Source of the DNA: Octopus sinensis
Taxonomy: Eukaryota
DNA length: 64,000 bases
Reading direction: 5' to 3'
Assembly (NCBI RefSeq): GCF_006345805.1
Contig: NC_043009.1
Span: 57,226,001 to 57,290,000, forward strand
Below the pieces are notes generated by a model. That model saw only the letters and a program-made list of their open reading frames with translations, was not told the DNA's origin and made no database searches. Each line of letters starts with the position of its first letter. Positions within the stretch are counted from its first letter, which is position 1. Below are positions 48,701-62,683 of the stretch, in pieces. A program made the translations under genes and the position numbers.

Positions 48701-51700
48701 ACAGGCACAAATGTTGGTTGTTTAATTATTAAGGTCTTCTACGCCTTCATCTACAGTACCAACAACAACAATAATAAGGATAATCATCTGTGCCGATGGC
48801 ACGTTAAAAGCACCAACCGATCGTGGCTGATGCCAGACTCCCCTGGCACCTGTGCAGGTGGCACGTAAAAAGCACCCACTACACTCGCGGAGTGGTTGGC
48901 GTTAGGAAGGGCATCCAGCTGTAGAAACACTGCCAGATCAGACTGGAGCCTGGTGCAGCCCCTGGCTTCCCAGACCCTGGTTGAACCGTCCAACCCGTGC
49001 TAGCGCGGAAAACGGACGTTAAACGATGATGAAATACTGTAAAACACTAGATCATGCATTCAATGTCACTACTTCCATCATAGATGTGAGCAGTGTGGGA
49101 GGCAAGCTGGATGTATGCATAAAGAGAAACTGTGGCTACTTAACACACAGCCACTTCTATGCTAAGTGAATATAATGAAACAACAATATAGCAAAACTCA
49201 ACTCTTCATATTGGTAAATGTAATTCCTTAATTCCCACCAGAGAATCTATTTTCAAATTCACTCAAATGAAGATTCGTGAACATTTTCCATTGACAGTCT
49301 CAACACTTTTCCAATTTTAATTATCGTCTTTTTTAAATGTATCAAGGATCATTTTGCTGATAATGGAATAAACTATAACAGAGTCTTTGTTCAATTCATG
49401 AGCATGGCTTGCAGGATGGCCTGCTGTGCTAACCTTGGATCGTAGAGTGACCCGCTGTTCTTGAGGAGACCTATTGAGTCAAGTACGTCAACACCAACAT
49501 CAAAATGAAAATCAAATGGAAATTGCAGTTAAGATACCTGTGCCGGTGACACATAAAAAGCACTGTCTGAATGTGGCAGATGCCAGCATCGCCTGACTGG
49601 CGTCCGTGTTGGTGACATGTAAAAGCACCAACCGATCGTGGCCGTTTGCCAGCCCTCTCTAGCCCCTGTGCCGGTGGCACGTAAGAAGCACTCACTACAC
49701 TCACAGAGTGGTTGGTGTTAGGAAGGGCATCCAGCTGTAGAAACACTGCCAGATCAGACTGGAGCCTGGTGCAGCCTCCTGGCTTCCCAGACCCTGGTCA
49801 AACCGTCTAACCCATGCTAGCATCGAAAATGGACGTTAAACAATGATGAATATCAACATGCACAACACATATTCCAGCAGAAAAACACTGGAGAATGGTT
49901 TTTCTGCCAGTAATAATAATAATAATAATAGTAAAATTTATGTATACTTACTTAGGTATAGAAATATGTATATGCACAATATGATCACCAAAGCCTGAAC
50001 TGTTCACTCTTGATATTCCTTTCCTTGGTAGTCTAATATAATCATGCGACTGTGTTCCTGCTGGGATCTGGGACAAGAAAAGAAGAGAACCTCAGGTGAA
50101 TCAAACGGGACAATAACAATGGTGAGTAAAGTGAATGGGAAGGTGGGTGGGAGCTAGTGGACATTCTGGTATTTTATCATGGTTAAGAAGAGGGTGGTTT
50201 CTATTGGGTTGGTGCATAATCATTGCAGCTTTTTTTCAACAAAAACAATAACAATATTTAGCAAAAACATCTTTAAATGATGGTCTGACAATCTACCAAG
50301 CAAATGGGAAGCAGTAATTGAAGTAGATGGTGAATATGCTCCAGAATAATTGTTTAAAGATGATTTTGTTACATGTTGCTATTGTTTTTGTTGAATAGAT
50401 TAATAGAAAGAAAGCTGCAATAATTATGCACCAATCCAATATATTATCCTTTCTCTTGCCATTCAGAGTGTCACCAATTCATTGATGAGCTAAACTATGA
50501 AAGACTTACACCATCAACCATAGACCTTCATCATTATCATCTAATGTCTACTTTTCCATGTTTGCATGGGTCAAATGAAATTCATTGAGGCAGATTTTCT
50601 ACAGCCAAATGCCCTTCTTGTCCTCAACCCTCACTTGTTTTGAAGCAAGATAATATTTCTCCATAGCTAGACATGTTTTTTCCAGAAGACTAGAAACGAA
50701 CAACCTTGCCTAGATGATGCTGCTGCTGCTTAATTATAACCATCAATGATGCCAAGACAAAGGCACACATGCATACACATCATATATATAAATGGGCTTC
50801 TTTCAGTTTCTGTTTGCTAAATCCAATCCCAATGCATTGGTTGAACTTGGACTATAGCAGAAAACACTTGTCAAAGGTGCTGTGCAGTGGGACTGGACCC
50901 AAAACATGGCTGGGATGCAAGCTCCTTAACCACACAGCCACCGCTGGGATGCAAGCTCCTTAACCAACAACCCCTCAAGTCAATGCAGGATGTTAGTGGC
51001 TGACATCCAGTCCTTAACTAAGGCACAGACACTCGTTTACCTAAAAAATTGCAAAAGTCTTACACTCAAGAAATATTGGTTGGGGCAAAGAGAATATCAC
51101 ACACATTAAAGAAAGTGATAAAATGGCTCTAGTAATCACTGGATGGTGGAGGCACAATGGCCCAGTGGTTAGGGCAGCGGACTCAAGTCAGAGGATCGCG
51201 GTTTCGATTCCCAGACTGGGCGTTGTGTGTGTTTATTGAGCGAAAATACCTAATGCTCCCCGAGGCTCCGGCAGGGGGTGGTGGTGACCCCTGTTGTACT
51301 CTTTCGCCCCAACTTTCTCTCACTCTTTCTTCCTGTTTCTTCGATGGACTGGCGTCCTGTCCAGTTGGGGGGAACACACACGCCACAGAAACCGGGAAAC
51401 CGGGCCCATGAGCCTGGCTAGGCTTGAAAATGGCACATAAATAAAAAAATCACTGGATGACTTACTTTCAGCGAGAGTTTCTCATAAATTCCTGCGATCT
51501 TCTTGGAACCACCTAGAACTGCCTGTGATAAACTGATGTGAACATTACTGTGAATATCAGCACCATCACGCCAAAACTGTTTACTTTTGGAAACCTGAAA
51601 CATAACATACAGACAAGAAGTAGTAGTAGTAGTAATAATAATAGAAGTGGTGGTAATTCTAATTCTAAGCTTTCCATGTTCCCAAATGATTAAGAAATTT

Positions 51701-54700
51701 GATTCCCAGCTATGAATCCCTTGGTCCCCCCCCCACCAGCAAGGTCAGTGCTTTGAGTTCATATCTTCCAACACAGCCATGAATCACATGATTCTAGATG
51801 CAAGATGAGGGAATCGTCGACTGAATTAAACCTGTAAAGTGTTGACATCTGTCACCATTTGTCACTGGTATTTAATTTATCGACTCCGAAAGGATGAAAA
51901 GTAGAGGCGACCTCGGTGGAGTTTGAACTCAGAACATAAACACAGATGAAATACCGCTAAGCATTTCACCCAGAGTGCTAACGTTTCTGCCAGCTCGCCG
52001 CCTTTAAAAACATTCTTTTCTCCTCTAGGCACAAGGCTAAAAAGTTTTGGGGAGGGGGCCAGTTGATTAGATCGACCCCAGTATGTAACTGGTACTTAAT
52101 TTATCAACCCCGAAAGGATGAAAGGCAAAGTTGACCTCGGCGGAATTTGAACTCAGAACATAAAGACAGACAAAATACTGCTAAGCATATCGTCTGGTGT
52201 GCTAATGTTTCTGCTAGCTCACCACCTTAACAATACCCAGTATTACTTCACTACAAGTGGTGCACACAGACCAAGGGTCATTAATATTAATTCTCTCTCT
52301 CCATCAAGAGTGACTAATGTCAAAAAACAAAATAAAAAGCAGAAAATTTATAAGTTAAAACAAAAGTTCCAATGAACTCACCTTAAATGTAATGAAAATT
52401 TCCTGAGTCCCAACTGACATCCGCACCGTTTGACCATCTTCCACACCTGAGGACAGACAAATACGTTAGTCATTTGTTTTGCTTTACATTCAGTTTTTTT
52501 CTGTGTTAGTGAAGAAGGAGCACGCCATCGGTTACGACGACGAGGGTCCCAGCCGATACGATCAACGGAACAGCTTGCTCATGAAATTAATGTGCAAGTG
52601 GCTGAGCACTCTACAGACATGTGTACCCTTAGCGTAGTTCTCAGAGAGATTCAGTGTGATACAGAGTGTGACAAGGCTGGCCCCTTTGAAATACAGGTAC
52701 AACTCATTTTTGTCAGCTGAGTGGACTGGAGCAATGTGAAATAAAGTGTCTTGCTCAAGGACACAACGCATCGCTGGGAATTGAACTCACAACCTTATGA
52801 TCGTGAAGTGAATGCCCTAACCACTAAGCCATGAACCCTCATATGTTAGTACAGGTTACATGAATATATATTAATGAGGAAGTGTTTTACAGCTGGTGAC
52901 CCTTCCTGTTGCTAACTCTTAATTGTTTTTCAAGTAAAGGATTCTGTTGACAGGGAAATGTCAATAAGTCTCAGTACTTGTAAACAGTCATTTAGGCACA
53001 CACACATACAAAAAAAAAGTGGGCTTTGTTCAGTTTCCATCTACCGAATTCACTCACAGACCATTGGTTAGTCTGAAGTCACAGTAGAAGGCACTGACCC
53101 AAAATGCAACTGAACCGGAAATCAAGCAGACTTCTTAAACACAGTCATACACGGAGCTCCAGCATGGTTGCAGTCAAATGACTGAAACAAGTAAAAGACT
53201 AAAAGAATACACACATATATAGGCAGACTTAAGTGGTAGAATTTGAAGTGATCTTTGTTGGCAAGATTCAGTTTATAAAATTCAAAAGACAGAAAATACT
53301 CAGTGTTAATATATGTTGATGGTAAGAAAACTAACATTATGGAGTTATGTCTTTTCTTTAGAGACTGAAATGTAAGCAGGCTGCAAAAAAAGACAGACCT
53401 GGTTAACCCTTTTCTAACCAAATTTCTACTGAAATACACAGCTTTTGCTTCAATTAAATTTGAAAATAATGAAGAATTTAGAAAAATAGTGATTGGTGTT
53501 TGGGCGTGGCCGTTGCCAGTACTGCCTGACTGGCCTTCGTGCCAATGGCACATAAAAGCACCCGCTACATTCTCTGAGTGGTCGGCATTAAGAAGGGCAT
53601 CCAGCAGTAGAAATTCTGCCAGATCAGCCATCTGGTTCACCAGACCTCAGTCAAATTGTCCGACCCATGATAGCATGGAAAGCAGATGTTAAACGACGAT
53701 GATGAATGATGATGATGTTTGGAATTTAAATTAACATGAAATTTTGGTAGAAAATTTTAATTCAGATCATTTTAAAAGAGAAAGCTTGTATATCAGAACC
53801 AGAGATAGTCTTGGGAAGGTTGGTATTAAAAGGGTTAACAGATGTTTGTAGGTTCTAATCAAAGACAGAACTAGTGAAACTTTTTAAATCACCACACTTC
53901 ATTTATTTTTTTTGTGTCAATTTTCCTATGCTAATATGGGTTAGGCGTAGGAACCCCTTAATTTTGGGGGCTTAAAATTTAGAAAGAAGGTTTTGCAAGG
54001 GATATAATACTATCTATGTGTATGAAACTCCCATATTTTTTTAACCTAATTTTTGACAAAAAAAGGGTTCCTTATACACATCAAAATATAGTACATATGA
54101 TTAAGGCATTATTTTAAAGCTGGATGCCCTTCAACTAAGGGATTATCTCACTTGTCTTTGAAAGGATAGAATTACTTGGTAATTTGTTAACTGGGAAATT
54201 CAACAAATGGGATCATCCAGACTGGTCAACTATCAATTCTTGAAGCCTAAAACAACTACTACTACTCTGCTGCTGTCACCACCATACTTACCCGCAGGTA
54301 CAGGAACTGTGAGCTTTTTCCGTAGAATCATCTGACCTTTGCCCCCACATTCTGTACAAGGATGGCTGATAAGGACCTTTGTACCATGACACTTCCGACA
54401 GGTAGTCTGCATTACAAATGGTCCAGTGCTAACCGTTTCCTGTTACAAGAAAGAAAGAAAGAGAGAGAATGGTGAAGAGTGGTATTACTCGAGGGTTCAA
54501 GGTCTGTAGCACCTCCAATATACAAGGCAAGGACTGAACACACAACTACATTCTCTAAAAGGGGAAGATATGAGGGTGTGCTGAAAAGTTCCTGGTTTTA
54601 AGGGTATATTGCAAAAGGCCTGGTTGGAGGCCCAGCATTTTGAGTTCTTTTACGAAGCCTAGAAAAACTGAAAGACTGCTGCAATAAGTGTGTGAACATG

Positions 54701-56966
54701 TGTGGGGAATATGTTGGATAAAATCATAATTAACTGGTCATACTGTATTTTCTTTACCTAAAGCCAGGGATTTTTCAGCACCACCTCATGTATAAATATA
54801 AATAGGTGTATATGTAGTAGGGGAGGGAACAAGGAGAGAATGTGAGAGAGAGAGAGTGAGAGAGAGAGAGTGAGAGAGAGAAAATTGGTGCTTGTAGATC
54901 TGTCACTCTGGTGGCCACACACACACACACAGTCAGAAACACATAGAAAAATAGAGACACAAAGAAGCACATACAGACACACACACACACGCACAGAGAG
55001 GCAGAAACACTTAGAAGCACACACACAAAGAGAAACACATAGAAGCACACACAAACACACACTGGCAGAAACACATAGATGCACCCAGAGACATATTCAG
55101 AAATAAAAGCTGCCTGTACTCACCACTCCAGTTCCGTTACAGAAATGGCACCTGACAGGTTTGGTGCCAGGTTCTGCCTTCTTACCACCACACTTTGGAC
55201 ATAAGTCTTTCACATTGACACTGATGTCTTTGTTGATGCCGCGTGCAGCCTCTTCAAATGATATATTCATGTAAAACTAGAGAATTAATAAAAAAAAAAA
55301 AGAAAAAAATCAGAAACAGATATCAACTAAAATACACGTTGTGACATTCATGCCATTTCCAATACATTAGTAAATAACAGGAAATAGGTGAAAAGGTTAA
55401 GAACTCCTTTGGTAGGTATCTTCTAACAAGTCTACAGATTGATTAATATCATGTCTTGTAAGTGGATTTGGTATATAGAACCTGTATAGAAGCCCAACCT
55501 ATATATATATTTATATATATACATATATATATATATATATAAAACTTATTACTTCCTAAAGACAGCACGTGCTTATACCTGTCTCCTCTCATAAGCTCGT
55601 CCTCCTAGCGTTCATAATAATTTTTCTATCGTCTTGGCTTAACAGCCCTCACCGTTTGTTTTTACTATCTTGTTCTCACTGTCCTGTTCTTGTTACCACT
55701 TTCACCCTCTGCAAAAAATCCCAAATTTTATTTAATTTGCTTTGCAGGAAGGACTGTTTCAACGAAGTCGCGTATTGTCCTTGCCTTCAAAACGCAGAGT
55801 AGATGAAACAGGAACAACTGATGAAGAGGAATATTCATTTTGTTGCATATCTCATTTCTCTGTTTGTTTTCTTCGTTGTTCCAAAAATTTTCATTTTCTA
55901 TGGTTTTACTTTTATGTTTTTGTTTCTCATTGTATTCAACATTTTTTTTAGATATCCTGTACCCATATATGCATGTATATATACATATACATGTAAGTAT
56001 GTACATATATGTATGTATATATGCATATATTTATATATTATTTATATTATTATTATATATTGATAAAAATGGTAAGACAACAAAAGAATGAAAGAGAGCT
56101 TGATATTATGTAAATAGAGGAATTTATCTGTAAATGTAATATGTGACAATTATTTGGTAGCCATGATAAAACTCTGAGTTTCGGATGCCGAGGTGGAAAT
56201 CCACGCCGCTATCTCTTCAGTTATCCGACCATCGGAAAAATACTATGAAAAATGACCGTTATACAAAGGGAAATTACTGTGTGATTGACCGTTATTAAGA
56301 CAAAAGAGCTATTAGAATGACCGCTAAGTGAGGGGAGGGAGTAAAGGTAAGGGGGTAAAAAGGTTCATAGTATTCGCGTAAGCGTGCATGTCCATACCTA
56401 CACAGGTCTATATGCGCACATACACAAGAAAAAACAAGGCTAAAGGCAAAAATACAAGAAAATGTGTAAAAAAAAAACAATGGATTAAAATATGTCTATA
56501 CACGCACATACTTGCATTAAGACTAAGAATAAGAAACCCCATATTTTTTTAAACTTAATTTTTGACAAATAAAGAGTTCCTTATACACGTTAAATATGGT
56601 ATATATATTCATTCCATGATAATGATAAAAGCAATATAGGTAGAACATCTCTCAAAATCTATCAAATGACAGACTCAACCTCAGTGGAAACTAAATTTAA
56701 AACAGACAATAAGACATCATTTACTTCTTTACTATCAATGGTGGTGATGATGATAATGATGATGATAAAGGCATTATAAATTTATTTTACCTCGGAAGCT
56801 GGTGCAAAACCGAATTTTGATTCTTCAAAATCTTGAAAATTACCAAAGCCAGACATTTTAAAGCCAGCATCACCAAATATTTTTCTGAACAGTTCTTCAG
56901 GGTTGATTGTACTTTGGAAATTCTCAAAACCTTAAGAGAGACAAGAAGACACAATATAAAAAAAAA

Positions 56967-57032
<66 letters not shown>

Positions 57033-57075
57033 AAGAGAAAGAGAAAGAAAGAAAGAGAGAGAGAGAGAGACAGAT

Positions 57076-57112
<37 letters not shown>

Positions 57113-60100
57113 TTGGAAATATAATTACTCAGTTCTAAAGGAAGAAGGAAGGATGTAGTGGCTGAAAGGTTGGGGTGGTGGACTATTGATGCAAAATAGA
57201 TGAAAAATGTTGAGAGTCACTGTTGTTCATCTGGAAGTTGAGGAATTCTATGTAGTGATGTGATCCCATCCACCAGGTGTTAGGCATCTCTTTCAGGAAA
57301 TCACTGTCCAACTCTTGTTAGATGGCTATTTATCTAAGCCATCAATCTACACCTCACAGTGACTACTAATCTGTTAAGGATTCCAACCAACCCCATCAGT
57401 GAAATGTAGAATATGGCTAAGATCAAAGTGTAGTATCTGTTCTTATCAGCTTAATATCTGATACGGTCCCTATTTGGGACCATCGATATTAAACTGATTT
57501 TAAGAACGAGGCGAAGAGTTAGGGGCTTGCACTGCTTTTGCCACGGGTTGGCCTGGTATAGCAGTACTTCCAGGATTCAGCCCATCTAAGCTACACTCTC
57601 GGAATGGTTGGCGTTAGGAAGGGCATCCAGCTGTAGAAACTCTGCCAGATCAAGATTGAAGCCTGGTGTAGCCATCTGGTTCGCCAGCCCTCAGTCAAAT
57701 CGTCCAACCCATGCTAGCATGGAAAGCGGACGTTAAACAATGATGATGATGACCTGACCAGACAAACTGACAGGAAGATGATGGTGTGAGACAGTTGATC
57801 AGATTATAGGTTCAACTTTATGAACAAGTTAATCTTGCAAGGTTAATACTGACACAACACAATACAGAAGGATTAATACCCAGTCTTTTAAAAGCTAAAT
57901 CTGCCAAAAACTGCCTGCCTGGTGGCACTATCTGTCTCATCTCTTGAACAGAAAGGCCTCCTGTCAAATCATACCATCATTGGTATTTATTTATGTATTG
58001 GATTAGACTGGATTGCCTATGTCCTGTCCACCGCAAGACAAAGGCCTCAGTATGTTCGATTATACTGGTTTGATGAGCCTACCCTGCCACACTGGCTCAA
58101 TGTGGCTTGACAGAGGGATACAGGTTTTATACTTTTACTCAAGAGTAGTTAAGTCAATTAAATCAACCCCAGTGCTCAAATAGTACTTACTTTATCGACC
58201 TTGAAAGGATGAAAAGCAAAGCTGACCTTGGCAGAATTTGAACTCAGAACATAAGGGTGAAAATACCACTATGCATTTTCCCTGGCATGCTAATCATCCT
58301 GCTGCCTTAGTATTTGCTTATGTATAAGAGATAGAATCTGGGGAATTTGCTTTCTTCTATTCACAGATGATCTACTTCCCATCAACTTGAACAATGTCCA
58401 TGCCTACATAGAAGATGCAACCCTTCACTTTCCTCCTGTATTCAAGTTTCATCCACAGACAGCACAATCATCTCAAGGTGAATTGGCGATGATTTTGTGA
58501 CCAAAAACCTCAAAAACATCTTCTATCTTACAACAGGGTTTGGTCAATCTTGTCTTCAACAACAAAACACACACACACATATAAACAGAACATTATCACA
58601 CCACTTTCTAAACATGAGCAGTAGTTAAGCAGAACCGTTGCGATTACTTCAAATGCTTAAAGGCAGCAAGCTGGCAGAATCGTTAGCATGCTGGGTGAAA
58701 TGCTTAGTGGCATTTCGCTTGCTGCTACATTCTGAGTTCAAATTCGGCCGAGGTCGACTTTGCCTTTCATCCTTTCAGGGTCGATAAATTAAATACCAGC
58801 TGCGTACTGGGGTCGATCTAATTGACTGGCCCTCTGCCCCAAAATTTTGGACCTTGTGCCTAGAGTAGAAAAGATTTCTTCAACTGCTAGGATTCTCTTA
58901 TCAATGAAGATGTCTCATAAGAAACGCACATACTTAACATAGTAAAGACCATGTTACAAGGATTTGTCTTTCCCTTCAGAGCCAGAAAACACTTTGATTC
59001 CCAAGAATGACTAAATACCTTCTACAAAGCTCAGGTGAGAGTCACAATGCAATACTATTTCCATAACTGGCATGATGCTACTGATACACATGCAAGCATT
59101 CTACACCGTATCTAAAGAAAAAAACCACCAATCAGATTGGCATGAACTTTCTCACAAGCACCCTCTATCTGGCTCACAGATGTGCTGTCCCCATTTTGCC
59201 TTTCCTGTCAGTATTTCAAAGGACCCTTTTTAGAGCTAACTGCTTTCTTGTCCCTTGCACTCGTCTCTCCTACTCTCCCTGCTCACATTCTGTCCAATTT
59301 ATTAGCGCCACATGAATCAAACTGAATAGATTTTTGTCTTTCCAGAACATTTCACCTCTGAGGATCTCCTCCAGTCTCCAACTTACAAACATTCAAGTGG
59401 GATGTTAATGGTATCAATCTCCTTACCTGATTGCGTACTACCGAATCCATGTGATCTTTGACTGCCACCAAAACCACTCTGTCCAGACATTCCAAACAAG
59501 TCATACTGTTTCCTTTTTTCAACATCTCCGATAACCTGTGAAGAAAAATACAATAAGATTTCATTTATCTTTGACACAAAGATATGTTTCGCAGGCAGGG
59601 TGACATAGATCCAACCACAGTAATTAACCACAACAGATGAGCATGCAGGGGCAAAGATTTATCACTAACTAGCAGTATCGCCTGGTGTTGCTTGGGTTTG
59701 TTTCGACCCTTTAGAATTGGAATTTTTGAAAAGTAAAAATTTTGCATTATGTAGCTTGTTATTCTCTTTAAGTGAACATTTTTCTGGTTGAAATACAACG
59801 AAAAATGGTGACACAGCAGTAAAAAAGTCGTAAAAATAGGGATTTTCATAGAAGCAAAGCACCTTTTTGATGTAAATCATTTTTGGTGTTAACATGGTCC
59901 GATTTGAATTTTATCTTCTACGGAATGAAGAGCAAGCCTTCTTCTATCATACTCTCAATTTTGGTCAACTTGCGCCATAGGGTCTCGGAGGAGAGTGTTA
60001 GTTGAAGGCTACCAAACCTGCCACACACAGACAACTTCAGCTTTATATATAGAGATTAGTTTATCATCTCTAGCTGTTATATTCACTCAAGGTATAACCC

Positions 60101-62639
60101 AGGGGTCTCCAAACTTTTTAGACCATCGATCCCTTCATGGAATCCTTGACCTCCACCTCGCATCAACCCCCCCCCCCAGGCATGTACAAGAAAATAAATA
60201 ATAATAATTAAGTAGATGTGCATTTATTGACTACTTGAATAGTTCCATTGACCCCCAGGGGTTGATACTGACCACTTTGGAGACCCCTGGTTTAACCCTT
60301 TAGCATTCAGATTATTCTGTCAAATGTAATGCTTTTGCGTTCACATTCATCATCATCGTCATCATCATTTGACGTCCACTTTCCATGCTGGCATGGGTTA
60401 GATGGTTTGACATGGACCTGACTAACAGGGAGCTGTCTAGACTCCAGTTGTCTGTTGTGGCATGGTTTCTACAGCTATAATAGAAGACACTTGCCCAAGG
60501 TGTCACACAGTAGGACTGAACCCAGAATCATGTGGTTGGGAAGCAAGCTTCTTACCATACAGCCATGCCTGTATATTTTTAGAATGGCATTGAAGGGTAG
60601 GTGTGACAGGCTGGATCTGGCTGGTTTGAACATAAACACAGGTAGCCTATTTGGGCAGGATATGGCCGGTCTGAATGCTGAAGGGTCAATAGGCATTGAT
60701 TTAACATGACACAACGTAATATCACATCAAGTAAATTGTGTAAGAACTTACCTCATAGGCTTCGGAGACTTCTTGAAATTTCTTAGCAGCGGTAGGATCG
60801 TTCTTGTTGACATCTGGATGATATTTCTTGGCCAACTGCACAGTAGATAGAACAAGAAATGAAGGACATTTGTGCATATGTGCATGTTGAATGAGTGTGA
60901 GTGCGTGTCTGTGTGTGTGTGCGTGCATGCATATGGTAACCTGAGAAATTATGACTGTTCCCATGAAGTTAACAGCATTCACTTAGGCTCTTTACACCTC
61001 CCCTTTACAGTGATCATTTATGATTTTGGTGAGAAAGAAAGACAATAAAAACAATATCTCTTTTGATCATATCATATCACGATTCTCTCTCACACACAGT
61101 CTTGCTGGTGTTTTGCAAATTTAAAACAAATAAATTAAGAACTTATTAAATATTGAAACACTTTTGTGACTTTTAGCCCACTCTGTATATATATATATAT
61201 ATATGGATACAAGCATCCCCCCCCGTCCAATGGACGGTGCTGAGTTGTCAAATATTTAAACCAAATTTACTCAAAACAACTTGCCCGACCGTCCCATAGG
61301 CCTCCCCTTTGAGAAACACTGATCTAACCTAAAATTGAGACACCAGCAAAAGAAGAAATATCTCTTTTGTATCTTACTTTTTTGGTCTCTTAAATATACT
61401 GCCTTTTGTGGCATTATTTCAAGCCAGCCGGCTTTGTTTGCGCAAGCTGCACCTGCATTTTTCACATGTATGCATAGTTTCGATCGCAACAGCTGATGTA
61501 CTTGCATGTACAAATGCACACTCCCACGGCTTTATCGATCGCATTCTCAACTGGAATCGATTTTTGTAATGTTTTCAAGATTTATACACGGTATCTACAT
61601 ATCAAATTTGAACGCAATTGGATGGAGGATGCCCGAGATCCTAGAAGACACACACGCAGACAGACAGAATGGATTTTATATAAAAGATGTGCGTGCACGC
61701 ATGTGATTGTGTGTATTTAATCATCAATAAGTGTGACTAAGGATTCCAAAGCACAATTAAATTTTTTCCTTAGTGGCACTCTTAGTGACAAATTTTTCCT
61801 TTATAGTTTTACATTGTGCCTAGTTGGTTACCTTCATTTTTATATTTTTCTCTTTCTCTTTTACTTGTTTCAGTCATTTGACTGCGGCCATGCTGGAGCA
61901 CCGCCTTTAGTCGAGCAAATCGACTCCGGGACTTATTCTTTGTAAGCCCAGTATTTATTCTATCAGTCTCTTTTGCCGAACCGCTAAGTGATGGGGACGT
62001 AAACACACCAGCATTGGTTGTCAAGCAATGCTAGGGAGATAAACACAGATACACAAACACATACATATATACGGCTTCTTCAGTTTCCGTCTACCAAATC
62101 CACTCACAAGGCATTGGTCGGCCAGGGGCTATATAGCAGAAGACACTTGCCAAGATGCCATGCAGTGGGACTGAACCCGGAACCATGTGGTTGGTTAGCA
62201 AGTTACTTATCACACAGCCACTCCTGCACCTATATATGATATATATGTATATATCTATAGATAAGTTGCTATTTCAAATACGACAGCAGAATAAAACAGA
62301 AGATGGAGTTTGTCATTTTATAACGACATAAATTAGATAATCTCTATATGTGTTTTACTAGCATTCACTAGTATGTAATGAGGTAATTGTTATATAGACA
62401 ATTGCATAATCACCGTACAAAGCCAGATCCTGTGAAGAAAAACAGTAATTTATGTTATAATATAAAATTTAACTGAATCTTATTTTATTCTACTCTTGTG
62501 TATATATATGCATATATATGTGTGTGTGTTCATGTATGCATGCATGTATATCATGCATACACACACACACACATTGGTAATTAGTAAGGGATTTCTTCAA
62601 ACGTTTACCAGTATGTTCACAGTTAGGTATTTGAAGCTG

Positions 62640-62683
<44 letters not shown>

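Noticed and set aside
54758-57138. Low-complexity ORFs (CV/LS/HT/KER repeats at 54758-55106, 55728-56091 and 56833-57138)
   Set aside because: Derived from (CA)n, (TA)n, (AG)n and (AAAG)n microsatellites in DNAJA3 introns.
57412-57585. Functional U2 gene
   Set aside because: Missing the 5' U6-pairing segment, Sm site altered, and no intact upstream snRNA promoter evident; treated as a probable pseudogene.
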